DNA of 63,864 nucleotides, counting the filler, from Lophium mytilinum (lineage: Eukaryota), in assembly GCA_010093605.1 (NCBI GenBank). It is 8 parts of 5 records of this genome, joined end to end, with 100 filler letters (N's around TTAATTAATTAA, not from the genome) between each part and the next. Parts side by side here need not be neighbours in the genome. Positions count along the whole stretch, not along the records: positions 1 to 20,535 come from MU004193.1; 7 more parts are not named here. One strand, 5' to 3'. Within the stretch, counting starts at the first letter, position 1. Each line of letters begins with the position of its first letter. Positions 1-13,300 of this stretch are shown piece after piece. A program made the translations under genes and the position numbers. The notes below the pieces were generated by a model. It was given only the letters and a program-made list of their open reading frames with translations, ran no database searches and was not told where the DNA came from.

Positions 1-778
1 AAACCTAAACTATATACTAAAGATAGAACTATATTAACCTAGAAAAACCCTACTACTCTCTCTAATATCTCTACTATAGTAGATACTATATATCTACTAC
101 TCTATATAGTCTAGCATATCTATATCCTCTTTCTTATCTACTATAAAAGTAGAAGGTTCTACCTCTTTAGGGGTATAGTATTCTTCTTCTACTATATCTA
201 TATCCTCTTTAGAACTAGAACTTTTAGAATCTTCTTCTTTAATAGAAGAATTATAGAAATAGTAGTTCCATTCTCCTATATACTTTCTAAGAATAGTTAG
301 TTAAACTCTAATTAAGTTATATATACTAAACTTACTTAGATAATCTAATAGTTAGATTCTTAAATCCTTGAAATTCCCTAGATAAATCCTTACTATCTCT
401 TAGCCACTCCTTATAGTTAATACTTCCTTTATATACTTTAGCAAAAAAGAAAGTATTTCCCTTAGGATAGCTAATTATAAGGCAGAAATCTTTAAGCTGG
501 AACTTTCTACCTAGATTAATAAGGTAGCTAGTAAGACTATCTAGCTTATCCTTATTAACTAGAAACCCTAAGTAGCCTATAGTAATAGGGCTATCTTTTA
601 CTTTAATATTATAGACTTCTTTTCCTAGGCTAGTAGTAGTAGCAATAGTATAGTCTTTAAGTACCCTAGTTATAAAGAATCTAGCTCTAGAAAGGCTAGA
701 AAACTTATAATCTAGATTCTTCTTATAGCCTTTAGTAGAAGATCTAGAAGAATAGCGTTAGGAGTTATAGTAAGGCAT
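1..778 (-). pseudogene. RIP-degraded small gene of unknown function, divergent from the DUF3505 relic
   Basis: Minus-strand ATG at 778 opens a mostly open frame (MPYYNS*RYSSRSSTKG...), then a GTAAGT...CTAAC...TAG intron (~288-338) and an acidic exon; runs off the window edge. No family recognised. Confidence 0.45.
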
Positions 779-1029
779 AGCTATTTAGTATTATTAGTTA
801 GAATTTATCTTCTTAGTAGATATAGCTTCTTACCTATAGATTCTACTTTCTATCTAGAATAGAATAGTATAGAGTAGAGTAGATATCTAGAAAGATAATA
901 AGATAGATAGTAAGTAGAGATAGTATAGTATAGTACTATAGAAGTAGAAAGTAGAGATAGCTAAATAGAATAGAAAAGTAGAAAGATTATATAGTTAGAA
1001 AGAGTAAACTAAGCTAACTATTATAGTAT

Positions 1030-1720
1030 TAGAGTTTTTCTAAGTTTAGAATTAAGTACTTAGTTTAGGGGTTATTAATCTAAATAGAATAGAGCTTAAT
1101 ACTCTAATATAATAGCTAAGTAGATTAAAAACTTAATAGCTAGAGTTAAAAACCCTATTACTATTAAACCCTAGTATTTAACCTAGATAGTATAGGGCTT
1201 TACTAAAAAGAAGATTTTTTAATATAGAAACTATAGAATAAAAATATAAAGTATAGTATTTAACCTAGAGAGTAGAGTTTTTTACTATAGAGCCTAGTTT
1301 TTAACCTAGATAAACTATAGTAGGTATAGAGGTTTAATACTAGCTAATAGTAGTTAACCTATATAGTATATAGTAAATATAGTTTTTTACTTAAAAGTAG
1401 AGTTTTTAACTAAGATAGACTAGAGTAAGTATAGAGGTTTAATACTAGATAGTAGTATCTAATCTAGATAGTATATAGTAGATATAGTTTTTAACTATAA
1501 AATAGAGTTTTTAACTACTCTAGTATATAGTAGATATATTAGTTTAATAGTAGCTATAGTATTTAACTAGAGTATTATAGTTATAATAGTATTAAAAACT
1601 AGTTTATTAATAGTAGTATTAATATATTAATTAAGCTTTAATAGTTTACTATACTTTTTAATATTCTACTTAGGTTATTAACCTAGGTTTTTAACTACTA
1701 ACTAGATATACGCTAACTAC
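1030..1720. repeat. Degenerate tandem/inverted repeat block upstream of the DUF3505 relic
   Basis: ~105-bp units starting near 1296, 1401 and 1506 (AGTTTTTAAC...GTATAGAGGTTTAATACTAG...); the AGTTTTTAAC core also occurs inverted near 1124-1155. Confidence 0.6.
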
Positions 1721-1739
1721 TAGCTTACTTTAACTTAGG

Positions 1740-2889
1740 TATAAAATAACCTTCTATCTCCTTCTAATTTTCTTTTCTTTTCTTACCCTTTACTCTACTA
1801 GTATTACTTAGCTACTTATTTAAGCTTATACTATTATCTATCTACTATTCTAAGCTAACGCTAGCTTACTCTTTTATACTTTAACTACCTATCTATCTAC
1901 TATCTACTACTACTTAAACTTCTATTCCTTTTACTTTTAAAGTAAGTAAGTTACTATAATAGATTTTTATTTATACTAACTAGTATATAGCTTTAAAATC
2001 TAAACTCTAAAAAAAACCTTTTAGCTAAGTTCTTTTTATAACGCTTTTATTCTATCTAACGTTCTACTTTTATTCTAACTCTAGTAACTCTTTTTTCTTA
2101 TCTAACTCTTTAGCTTAAACTCTCTATCTAGGTAATACCTCTTTTTTATCTAACTTTATAGGGTTTCTATAACGCTTCTATTCTATCTAACTATCTAGCT
2201 TTACTTTTTACCTTCTAACTCTATTTACTCTATCTATCTATCTAGCTACCTTCTTATACTTTAGTAATTTTTCTATAGTAAGTTATTTCTTTAGATTCTT
2301 TCTTATACTCTTTAGTATTAAGCTAATATATATTTAGAATAGCTAAACCTTTAAAATAGACGCATTACTATCTAATAGTAAGATTAATACTGCAGAAGTT
2401 ATAGACCTAGTCTATAATTTAGAATATAATCTAGAATATAAGATTATAATCTATAAAAGTTGTAATATAGTTCTAAATCCCTTAGCTAATATTAAAGAAC
2501 ATTTAAACCATAAGTATAATATTACTTCTTCTACTACTTCTAATATAGATAATCTATATAAAGACTTAAAAGACTTAGAAATTTCTAATAAAGAGGATAT
2601 TTCTATACCTTCTAATTATAGTATTTACTTTGCTAGCCTACCTATAGTAGAAGAATTTAAGTGTACTATTAAAAAGAATAGTAATTTACCTAAATGCGGC
2701 TTTTTTACTAGTAGTAAGAAAGTACTACATGTACACTTTAATAAAATATATAATCTTAATAATATCTATAAGAATATAGATTTTAATCTAATAGGAGAGT
2801 CTAATATATTAATGTAAACATTCTTTACTAATAATAGAAATATTAGATACTTTATTAGTAGTCTATCTAGACTAGTTGCTATAGATCAG
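1740..2889 (+). pseudogene. DUF3505/OrsD-like zinc-binding N-terminus of a telomere-linked RecQ helicase (TLH)-type gene, truncated
   Basis: Frame at ~2419-2860 reads LEYNLEYKIIIYKSCNIVL...KEHLNHKYN...FKCTIKKNSNLPKCGFFTSSKKVLHVHFNKIYN...LM*TFFTNNRNIRYFI. De-RIPed this matches the DUF3505 pattern (ICxxC...HLxxxH...C...C...H...H...QxFF...RYF). GTAAGT introns at ~1942 and ~2277. Start position uncertain. Confidence 0.7.
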
Positions 2890-2959
2890 CTATATTATAG
2901 AGGCTAGAGGGTTAGGGTTAGGTAGGGAGAAGCAAGTTTAACATAGAGAAAATCAACCT

Positions 2960-3915
2960 TTAAGAATTGCGTGCAGCATAACCTTGCACCGCCGCATTTA
3001 ACCACCACAACGTGAAATAGAGTATGCATGCAAAGAATAATACTTAGAACGCAATGCAATAGCGTTCTATTAACTTTGATTTAATTTACAAGCTGTGGTG
3101 GTGGCTTAAGGTAGGTATAGAGAGGCCGTAGGGTGCGCAGGCATAGAATGGAAATTACTTAAAGGGTTTAGCGTAAGAACAGCCTCGCGCTTAAGAATTA
3201 GTGCAACTACTACTGCATGCAACTACTATAACGTAGTATAGAAGAAATATATAAAGGATTATATATAATATGTAATACAATAGCAATCTATTAACTTAGA
3301 ATTAATATGCAGGCTATAGTAGTAGTAGCAGTTACATATAGAGGTAAGATTCTAAATAATAGAAGTTACTTAAAGAGTTTAGCGTAATGCTAGCCTTACA
3401 CTTAATAAAGACCTTAACCAGCGCTGCATGGAACCACTATAATATAAGGTTAAAGATATTTACAAGGAAAATTACTTATTATATAATGCAACAGCATTCT
3501 AGCAATTTAGAAATATTTTACAGGCTGTAGTTATAGCTCTAGGTGGGTGCAGAGGGTAGAAGGGTAAGGGAAGAGGGCAGCCAGCAGCGTAGAGTATAGC
3601 CCTATAATTAAGCAGCCTTTCTACCGCTGCATATAATAACTTCTAGATATTAAGATACTATAATAGAGCTATAATACTATATATAGTATACGTAATTAAA
3701 TTTAAAGCATTATAGAAAAGGCGAAGTCCTAGTAGTAGGTGCCTATAGAGGGTAATAGATATAATAGAAAGAGTTTTACGTTATAATAGCCTTGCCTTAG
3801 CACAGGTTGCTGCTAGATAGTATTCTTACGTAATAGAAATTTTAGCCGCATTAAATAAAATATATAAAGTAAAGGGCAGAATACAGTTTATATAATATTT
3901 ATAGATAAAGCAATT
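2960..3915 (+). repeat. Subterminal degenerate tandem repeats, ~200-220 bp period, 4-5 units
   Basis: Anchor CYGCAT at ~2994, 3215, 3426, 3629 and 3848; shared blocks CAATAGC..TCTATTAACTT, ACAGGCTGTRG and TTACTTAAAGRGTTTAGCGTAA, clearest in the first three units. Confidence 0.65.
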
Positions 3916-4141
3916 AACAGGGCTACCGCAGGAAGCCTTCCTGCTAGGGCCCTTCCCCAGCGACCTTAACCGAGTGGCCGTATCCGTAAGGGGTGTTAAA
4001 ACGGGTTAGGCGGGGTAAGCCCTATAATAAGAATGTTAATAACTCCTTGTTTTTAACTAATTACACTCCCTAACCGCTTTCTGCTCCTTAGCTCTATATT
4101 CTAAACTATTATCCCCCTTACTACTATACCTAGTAGTTAGC

Positions 4142-7100
4142 ATGGGACGCCCCCAAAAGTACTAGAATAAAGAAGAGCGAAAAGTAGCTAAATTACGTTT
4201 AATAGTGGATTTGAACCGACGCAAGAGAGATAAAAAGAAGAGGGCTGTAGACTAAACAGCTGCAGCAGGAGAGGCTAGTAAGCCTACTCCTACTTCTATT
4301 CTAGATCCGTTTCTAATTATCTTTAAAAACCCTAGAGGTCTTTCTAGTATAAATATTAGGGCCCCTTATCCTACCCGCCCTGCGCCCACGCCCTTTTAAC
4401 AACTAATTGCACCTTAGGAGCCTTTAGAGGAAACTATTGCACAACTTATAATTAGTATATCTTTTATAATCTTCTAGTATTTACGGTTAGGTTCTAATAA
4501 ACTTAAGTAGAACCCGTCTTAATAGAAGAATTATTACCTTCTACCTCTACTTAATCTACGCAATACACTCCTCCGCAGCGGTCTACCTATAGTAGTACCC
4601 GTTCTACTATTCCTTCTATATCTACCTAACCTATGTAACCTACGTAATATACTTCTCTATAGTAGTCTACCTATAGTAGTATCTATTCTACTACTTCTCC
4701 TCTATCTACTAAATCCACCTAATATTCTACTCTAGGGCGGGCTACTTATAGTAGTACTTATTCTCTCGCTCCTCTAACCTTTTAACCTACTTAACTAATA
4801 TAACTTTCTTATACCTAGCAGTCTACTAGCAGTAGTACACGCTCTAGTAAGTTAAGAGCGGCCTAATATATACCTGAAATTTAAAGCAATATAGAATTAA
4901 CGGAAGCTGTAGAGTAAGATTAGAGTAATAGTAGTAAGTATGCTATTATATAGACTATTAAGGGAGCAGCAGTTAAAGAAGAAGAAGAAGCGGCTAAAGA
5001 AAGCAAAGCAAATAAAGAAGTAGCCTAAGTAGATAAAGAAGTAGAAGAGGCAGTATTAGAGTTACTATTACCTGCATCTTCCGCGTTATCTTCTTATATA
5101 CCTGCGTTACCACCGCCTCTAGATGCTAGAGAGGTGTTGCCCTCTCTATTACTACCTTATAGCGTAGGGACACCTTAGTAAGCCGCAAATAATAATAATA
5201 GAGCTCCGGGCTAGGTTCTACCCGCTATATACTATCTCTATAAAGCGTTTCTTAAACCCGCAGCTATACTATATATATATACAGGCGTATATACTATCCT
5301 TGCCCTCTAGAATACTCTATAGACGGCTATAATACTACGCGCAAGTTTACGCGCTTAATAAACTATAGCGGCTTCTACTTCTGTACAACTAGAACTAATA
5401 ATACAATGCTAAATACTAGCCCTTATTACTGTATTACTACTCTACGTACTTGCGCAAATAACTAATAAAGAGATTATAGCGGAATTATTCTTAGCGCAAT
5501 AAAATAAGGCTGTAGAAGTGCTCTCTAGAATAGACGCTGCGGAATAAATAGATAAGGAGGAAATGCTAGCTAATATAAGTCGGTTTATGCAACTAGCGCA
5601 TAACAACGGTTGGGTTTAGATAGAGTGGTACGCTGCCTTATTATCTCTCCGCCTAACGCCAGTAACTGAGGTTGTAGAAGAGGAATTTACCTAATTTAAG
5701 AATAAGGTAGAAGCAGGTATAGATGTAGATAAGGTATTAGATAATAGAGTTAAAGAGGGTAGAGAAGGTATATATACGCAAGGACAGCAAGACACTATAG
5801 ATAAATTACCGGGTTTACTTAATAAAGTTACGCTGGAGAATTAAGGCAGTAGGGTAGATAATACAGCCTTAAATAGTAAAGGCAATAGCAAGATTATAGA
5901 TAAAGTTATAGATAAGATAGACTCTAATAGGTAAGTATTATAAGCTCTACAGTTTATATAAAGCTAATATACGTAGGCATAATAATCTATTAGTAAATAC
6001 TCCACATGCAGTAAGTATAATCTAATTAGTATTAGAAGTCCAGTGTACTTACTATATGTCTTAACTCTTTCTATTTAGATAATATAGTAGCTAATATTAT
6101 AATATAGTAAGTAACTATACAATAATTCCTTAGAGCAAATCTCTTAGCCAAGTTACTAGCTTTCTCCTAGCTTAGAACCTTCCCTTCTAACAAGAGCCTA
6201 TTACAGCTAATGCAGCCTTCTATTTAATAAGCTAACTAGAGCTATTATAGAGAGAGGATAATCCTAACAACTTTAATAATGTTTTATAGAAATTAATATT
6301 AAGCGGAGAAACTAGTAATATAGAAACTCTAAGGCTTAGTTTTATAAGGTCTAAAGCTAGCTTTATAGTAAATAAAGAGATTAAAATCTAGCAAGTATAT
6401 AACATTAATAGCGTTATTATCGGCATCTCTACTTTAGCGGCCTATAATTTATACTTCTTACTATCTCTACAACCGTTCTTTCTCTAAAGTATTACTTAAA
6501 ACTAATATATTATAATACGCGGCTATAAGCTCTATATAATAAAGTAGCTTTATATAGGGCACGGGTGTAAGCATTAATTTAAAACTTATGTGTTTTTCCC
6601 CTAGATGCCGACACTAAATAAGTAGAAGGGCGACACTTTGCATCTACTAGATACAATGCAAGCAGCTTAGCTTAATAATATTATCTTACCTGCAGTAAAG
6701 TATACTCTAATACCCGATAAGTAGCAGTATATACTATATAGTTTTAATATTATACGGGGTAAAGTAAGCGTTAAGAAAGAAAAATATATAATATTATCTA
6801 GAGACTCTTATATTAATACTAAGTATACAATTCTATAGTATTAACTCCGAGAATTCTGGGACCAAGTTCTTTACAACGCAGAAAACTTTGCAGGAACGGA
6901 TACTATACCCGAAGATTTATTTAAAGGAGTATTTCTAGTAGTCTTAGGTTATAATCTAAAAATAGTATATAAGTCCTTAAGTATAATTTAAAGCAGGGAT
7001 TAGCTACTATGTACTTTAACCACTACTTTTAATAAAAACCTAATTAATATACTAGATAAGGGGATATAGGTTAACTATAGATATAAAGATGTCCTAACTA

Positions 7101-9290
7101 CTAATTAGCTAGATACTGGGGTTACCCTTCTACGTAAAACTAGCTGCAATAACCACTAGGCCACTTACTTCTATAATAGCGAAAAAGAAAAGATTTATAT
7201 AACATTATACCCCTACTATCTTACCTAGGGCGCGTTATCTCTAATAGTAGAGCTCTAAGCAGGCAACTATAGCCGTATTAGTAGTATAGCATATAATAAA
7301 ATCTATAATAGTAATAAGATTATGCTTAAGTTACCTGTTAAGGATATTACGCCCTTTTGTAATACTTAACTAGAAGCTCTTGCATTCTTAACTAAAATAA
7401 TTAAGCGGTAGTTTAAAGTAGCAGGTGGCTCTAGAGGATTATTAAAAAGAAAACAGCTTTAGGATAGTCTTGCTGCTATTCTCTAACGCCACTATACTAT
7501 ACTCTGGAGAGACAGACACTTATTCTATAGGGTTTAAACCGAGTTCTAAGTACTTCTTACTATACTTAAGCAACTTAAAGAAAGCGCAAGTCCCGAATTT
7601 ACTATAAAGGATGGGCTGGATAATAGTAGCGAGCCTTATTACCCCTACTGGGTTCTTTCTATAGAAGAAGTTAATGCCTTTACTATTGCAAACCTTAATT
7701 GCTAGGTATTTCTTTTCTAGGTACTGTCTCTTTAGGTTACCCCCGGGCGTAATGCTAGGCATATAGTAACACTAGATAAATAGCTAGTAAATAGTTATTT
7801 AGCATCTCTTTATATCCGCCTTGCGTAAATTACTGCTGGATGTAGTAATCCCACTTAATTATCTATACTGTGGAAAAAAGAGTAGATAAATTAAAAAGAC
7901 CCCCGGAATCCTGTAACCTTATATAGCCTTAGGTTATTAGACTCCCTTAAGAAGTATAGCATAGCTTAGCTAAAGTTAGAGTACTTAGATTAGATAATAA
8001 TGCCCCTATAACTTAGCCCTTAAGGCGTTAATTAACTACAAGCCGGCCTTAGAAATTAATTCCAAGCTACGTTTACTAAAGCTCGGATCTAGGTATCTCT
8101 TACTAGGGAGGATATAGAGATGCAGTATCTATAGTATGGTATTATAGTATAGTACACGCTAGCTATTTAACGCAAAAATAGGACTAAAGTGTAAAAAGAT
8201 TGGCGATTAGCACCGCTATGGATAGGTAAGGCAGCTGCGCTTATTATTAAGGCATACTATACCGATATATACGAGCTTCTAAGTAGACAGTATATAGGAG
8301 AAGACGGAAATACTAAGACGCGACGGGAGAGTAAAGAACTACGCGACTAATTTCTTAAGAGTATTCTAAATAGATCTATAGTTGCGCTTTATCCTAATAT
8401 GCTTATAAAGCTATATAGAAAGTTAGAACTTATAGTAAGCTACGCCTACGTGCGGAATATAGCTAGAAATAGTAATATAAATTATCTAAGGCACTTAACT
8501 AGACGCTAGATTAATTAAGTCTGGCCGCTGTTTAATATTATAGATCTAGCTGCAGAAACTTAAAAATGGAACAACAGTTCCTTCTGCATAAAATTGCGAA
8601 GATTAAATGCAATAATTAGAAACGAAGCGTTACTAAAAACAGTAGAATAATTCCTTAATAATCTATAAGCAAGAGCTGCCTTATTACTCTAGGTTCTTCT
8701 AAGATATAATAATAATAAAATTTTAACCACGCGTTAAGCTAAATAAAACAACTCTAAAGATACATAAGATAATATTAGGGGAAGAGATGCAATTATAAAT
8801 ATATAGTAGATCTATATGCAACTACTAAATAGCTACTACTATAAGGTAGCCTAACTAAGCTAATATATTAAAGAACAGGCTTAAGGGGGGGTAGTTAACC
8901 TTAGCATGGACGTAGTTATAAAGGAAGTATAGAATATAACCTAGGGAAGCCTAGGAAAGTTAAAGATAATAACAATAGAGGATAATATTATAGGCCCTAG
9001 GGGTTAAGTTAATCTAAAACATGTCTAGCTTAGGTTTAAGCACTGTACACTAAATAGCCCAAGGGCTTATTTAGGCAGGATTCTAATAATTAAAGAATTC
9101 TGGAATTATTTAGTAATATAGAAGGAGCAAGAGGGGGATATAAGTAGTTAGTTATTAGATAAAGAGTATAAGTATAAAGAGAGTTTAGGTAACTATAGCT
9201 TAGAAATAGAGGACTTGGAGGACTCGGGGTAAGAGGCCTAGAAAAATAAGGCTTAAGTAGAAGAGTTCTAAGAAGCATATAGATTTAAGC
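4142..9290 (+). pseudogene. ORF1: large RIP-degraded multi-exon gene of unknown family (basic N-terminus, S/T/P-rich repeats, acidic region, globular core ~6170-8700)
   Basis: ATG at 4142 (MGRPQKY*NKEERKVAKLRL...); GTAAGT introns at ~5931-5976 and ~6107-6170. The long exon's stops are mostly RIP-type and de-RIP to YDIDS, YVFFP, QHVPHSF, GHDLK, PFCNTQLEALA and FYGVRTEF, with at least one frameshift. Confidence 0.65.
4555..4850 (+). repeat. Coding tandem repeat in ORF1 (~75-85 bp, ~4 units)
   Basis: Recurring CTACYTATAGTAGTAYY..TTCT at ~4583, 4667 and 4742, with a more degenerate unit at ~4823. Confidence 0.55.
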
Positions 9291-10374
9291 GTTAATAGGT
9301 AGACTGGCAGGGGCGGCGTTATAAAGAAGAATTATTAACGAGGAAGGTAGTAAAGTAATTAGTATAAGATGTAAAGGGCGTTAGTAGGAAGGCTTCTAGC
9401 TAGGCTCTTATATAGTACGCAAATGCTTATCTAGTAGGTGCGTAGCGGTGATATATATAAGAAGAGAGGTAATAATAGGCGTGCTTAATATAAGTAGTAA
9501 AGGGCCCTAGTAGAAAGGCTTTCTAGTAAGACCCTTATACTGTAGGCAAATAGTTATATAATAACGCGCGATGTTCTATTAACCTATCTTAGCGCAGTGC
9601 TATATTACTAGAACTAGGTAATACGTAGCGTAGTATTGTAGATTAACCGTAAATATTCGCATATTAGTAAAATTAAGTAAAACGCCGATATATTTATACC
9701 CGCGATATTTTAACCTTATATAATATATAGCCATTACGTTAACCTTAAGAGTTAACTTAAGTAGTTTACTATTAAAGGCTTAGCGTCTTAGCGGCCGGCG
9801 GCTATTAGCCCGGCCGCCTACAAACTTATCCGCCGCCTAGTAGCTTTAACTTTCTTACTTCTATACTAACCTCTCTTTCTATACTACTGTACCCCTATTA
9901 CTTCCACTTATCTAGCTACCTGCGGAACGGTTGCGCGCTAGACCCTTACTTGCTAGACGATAGTTAGCAGCTTTCTAGCTACGTTGGAGCCGTAATTGGC
10001 TAGTTTTAGGCGTCCTTTTAGCTAGCGGTTAAGCCTTTTAGTAAGTTTGCTGTCTAGTAGGTAAAATTAAGTTACGTTATAGCTAATTCTGCTAACAGGT
10101 TTATTCTATTGCAATTTCTCTAAGAGTGGAGTAAGGTAAGCGTATTATAAGGATTGTTGCAGGAAGGCTTCCTGCTAGGGCCCTTTGCTAGTCTTAGTAG
10201 ATTAGTCTGCCTTAATTTTAAAGATGCGGCGGCAGGAAATATTAAGAAAATAATAATACTAAAAATACCCGGTATAGTGCAAAGGGTCTTGGCAGGAAGC
10301 CTTTCTACTAGGGCCCTTTGCCTGCCTTCTTTCTTCTATTATTTAAGATAAGCTAACATATTAATAGGCTGGCC

Positions 10375-13300
10375 ATAAATACCTTAAGTAATGGGGACCC
10401 TAGTAAAGCAGTAGTAAAGGTTGCATCCCTGCGCATATTACCTGTAACCGACCTAGTAGATAGCTATAAGAAATAATCTACTTCTTCTAAAGTGCTAGAA
10501 GATTTAAATTCTACCTCCCTACTAGTTACTAAATTGGGGGTTGATGCCTATAGCGATTTAAAGCGCAATTAGCCGGCCACTGTAATAGATCTGGAGACGC
10601 TTATATTAGTAAATAGCAAAGTGGTTTATCTAGATAGTAATAACTATAGTAATAACTCTAATGTCCCTAAGAACTCTAATAAAGAGCAGGAGAAGCTTTA
10701 AGCGCTAGTTACTGGCACTAGAAAAGATAAAGAGTTAGAGAAGTTGTGGGCCTTAGTAAACACGCTGTATGCTAGTAGAATAAAGTTGGCTAAGCTTTAT
10801 AGTTAAATAAAAGTAGAACTTAAAGCAATTCTAGCTAAGCCTAATTTCTAAGCAATTTAGAACAAGTATAAGGATAGGTATTTAGACCTAAAGCGCGCCG
10901 TGCATAGTTAGAATTAAGGGGCTAGTTTTGCTACTGTCCTAAACGCTTTTAAGACTGGCGAGTTGTATAATCTGCAGTAATATACTACTTCTTAGCCTAA
11001 GACGGATAACTATAAACCCGTGGATTAGGCAGCTTAATTTATTAGTTAATGCTTTAATTACTACTGGAAGCGGTTTAGTGGGTTTTTGTATAACCGCGCT
11101 AATATTACTAATAACGAAGCGCTTAGAATCTTCTTTAAATTAAAGAAAAATATAGAATTTAAGAGTGGCCCGTCTTAAGCTAGCAGGACTGCCTATACTA
11201 AGAACTAAATTAAGATACAGGACGTTCTTTAAAAAATAAAGCTTAGTCTAGCACCGGCACCTAAGACCCCGGCTAAAACTATTACTTATAGCAGGAAGGA
11301 TGTTAATAGGAAGCCTTCCCGTTAAGGCCCTTCTAGGCCTCCCTATTAGCAGTCGCCCTCTTGTTTTACTAAGGAGGAACTCGCGGCCATTAATATAGAG
11401 GTTAACGCAGACAACCCTATCTAGGGGTTATCTAAAGAGGAAATTGCTGCAAACCTAGTTAATAAGGAGAAAGGCAACGTTAATGTTACTAGTACTAAGT
11501 ACATCACCGGCACTATAAAATAGAAGCTTAAGTTAGTAATTGCGCATGCTAAGCGCACTGGAGTAATAATTAACCGGAACTCGTTAAAGTTTCAATACAA
11601 CGCATATCGGGTAATTAGATAGATGGCAGGAGATTTTATATATACCGTTAAATAGCACCTAAACATGCGCGCTGCAGATCTTAATAAGGACAAGTATGCT
11701 AATCTAGACGGTATTAAATATGCCTAAGACATAGAGGCTAATATAAGGGCTACCGCTATTAATATAAAGGATATTATCCCCTTTACTATATTAACCGCGG
11801 CAGATCTTATAACGCAGAGTGCACTCCGCCTTCTAATAACTAATAAAGCCTATTAGCTAGATAACCTAAAAGAAGCAATAAAGGCCCTACGCATTTATAA
11901 CTATCAGGAACCCCGCCTTATTATAATAAATGGTAATATTTACTTAAGGTAGTAGCAGATTACCGGAGCTTACTATATATACTGTATTATATAGAAAGGC
12001 TTTCTTAGTGGGGCCTTAATTATAGATAAGGTTAGTATTAGGAAGACATTTTTAATAGCTACCCTTATTAGACATATAAGTAATTTCTCTTTAAAGAGTA
12101 TTAATAGGAAGCCTTCCTACTATCCCCCTAATAGTTTCTCTTAGCATCTACTAATTTAATTATAGCTTATTACTAAGCGCCAGCGCAAAGTTGCGGATAA
12201 GAAAGACCCCGGGCCGGCGAAGCCCTTTCTTTTTCTTGTGCCTCCCGTTTTAGTACACTAAATAGTAAATAAACTTACAAAGTTTAGTTCTAAACTTAAG
12301 CTCTATATCTATTTATTAAAGGGCTAAGTTGCTTTCTATAGCGCTACGTTTCTATACAACACCTTAACTAGGGACTATCCCTTATTTAATACTAAAAACA
12401 AGGCCAATGCTAAGAGCATTATAATCGCTAGCTATTGGGTAATAGCTAGTCGGCACGGTCCCCAGCCCGCATTAAAGTGGTATAGCGATAATAATCTTAC
12501 TAAGCTAAAGAATTGGGTTAAATATTGCCTAAGCTCTACCTGGCCCGGTCTCTTAAGTGGCTATTTCAACGTCTAATTTATAGATAAGTGCTAGCTTATT
12601 AAAAGCGACTAAGTAAACCTCCACCTAACCGCCTTATAGCTTTACTTAGACTTTACTGTACTCTATAGTGGGACCCCGCTATATATAGGCATTACTAATA
12701 TACCTGCTTACATGTCTTTTATAGAACTGAGAGATAAGTATCTATAATTCCGCACGTACCGCTTAACACCCGGTAAAGCTAAGTTTGTTCCGGGTACCGA
12801 TAATCTATTTAAGCTTCCCGACAACTATTTAGGTATAATTTTCTGGTATACACGCAAGGCTTTTAAAAATTTTATTCTGCCTTTATTTAACCCGTAAGTT
12901 ATTATATAAAGGGCCCTAGCAGGAAGGCTTCCGGCCAGGGCCCTTATCTCTTTTCTTATTTACTTTAATTTTCTAATATTTCTCCAGGATTACACAGGGG
13001 CTTTATTTACGCTTAATTTTTAGTAAGTATATAATTGCTCGCTTATACCCTTCTACATGCCCGAATAATTCCACTAATCCTGCCACCCAAATTAGAGGAT
13101 TACTTCTGTAGTTAGTTACGCGAGTAATTAAGCTACAGCCTATAAAACTAGGCTATATTATCTATGCTAATAAATCACCAGCCTACCTTAAGTTATTAAT
13201 GGTTTCTACTAAGAACCGCGTAGGCCAGCGCACCTATGCATTTAACGCATGCTCCGTGCATGCTCTTAACCTTATAAGCACTGCGCCATTTTTAGTCTAC

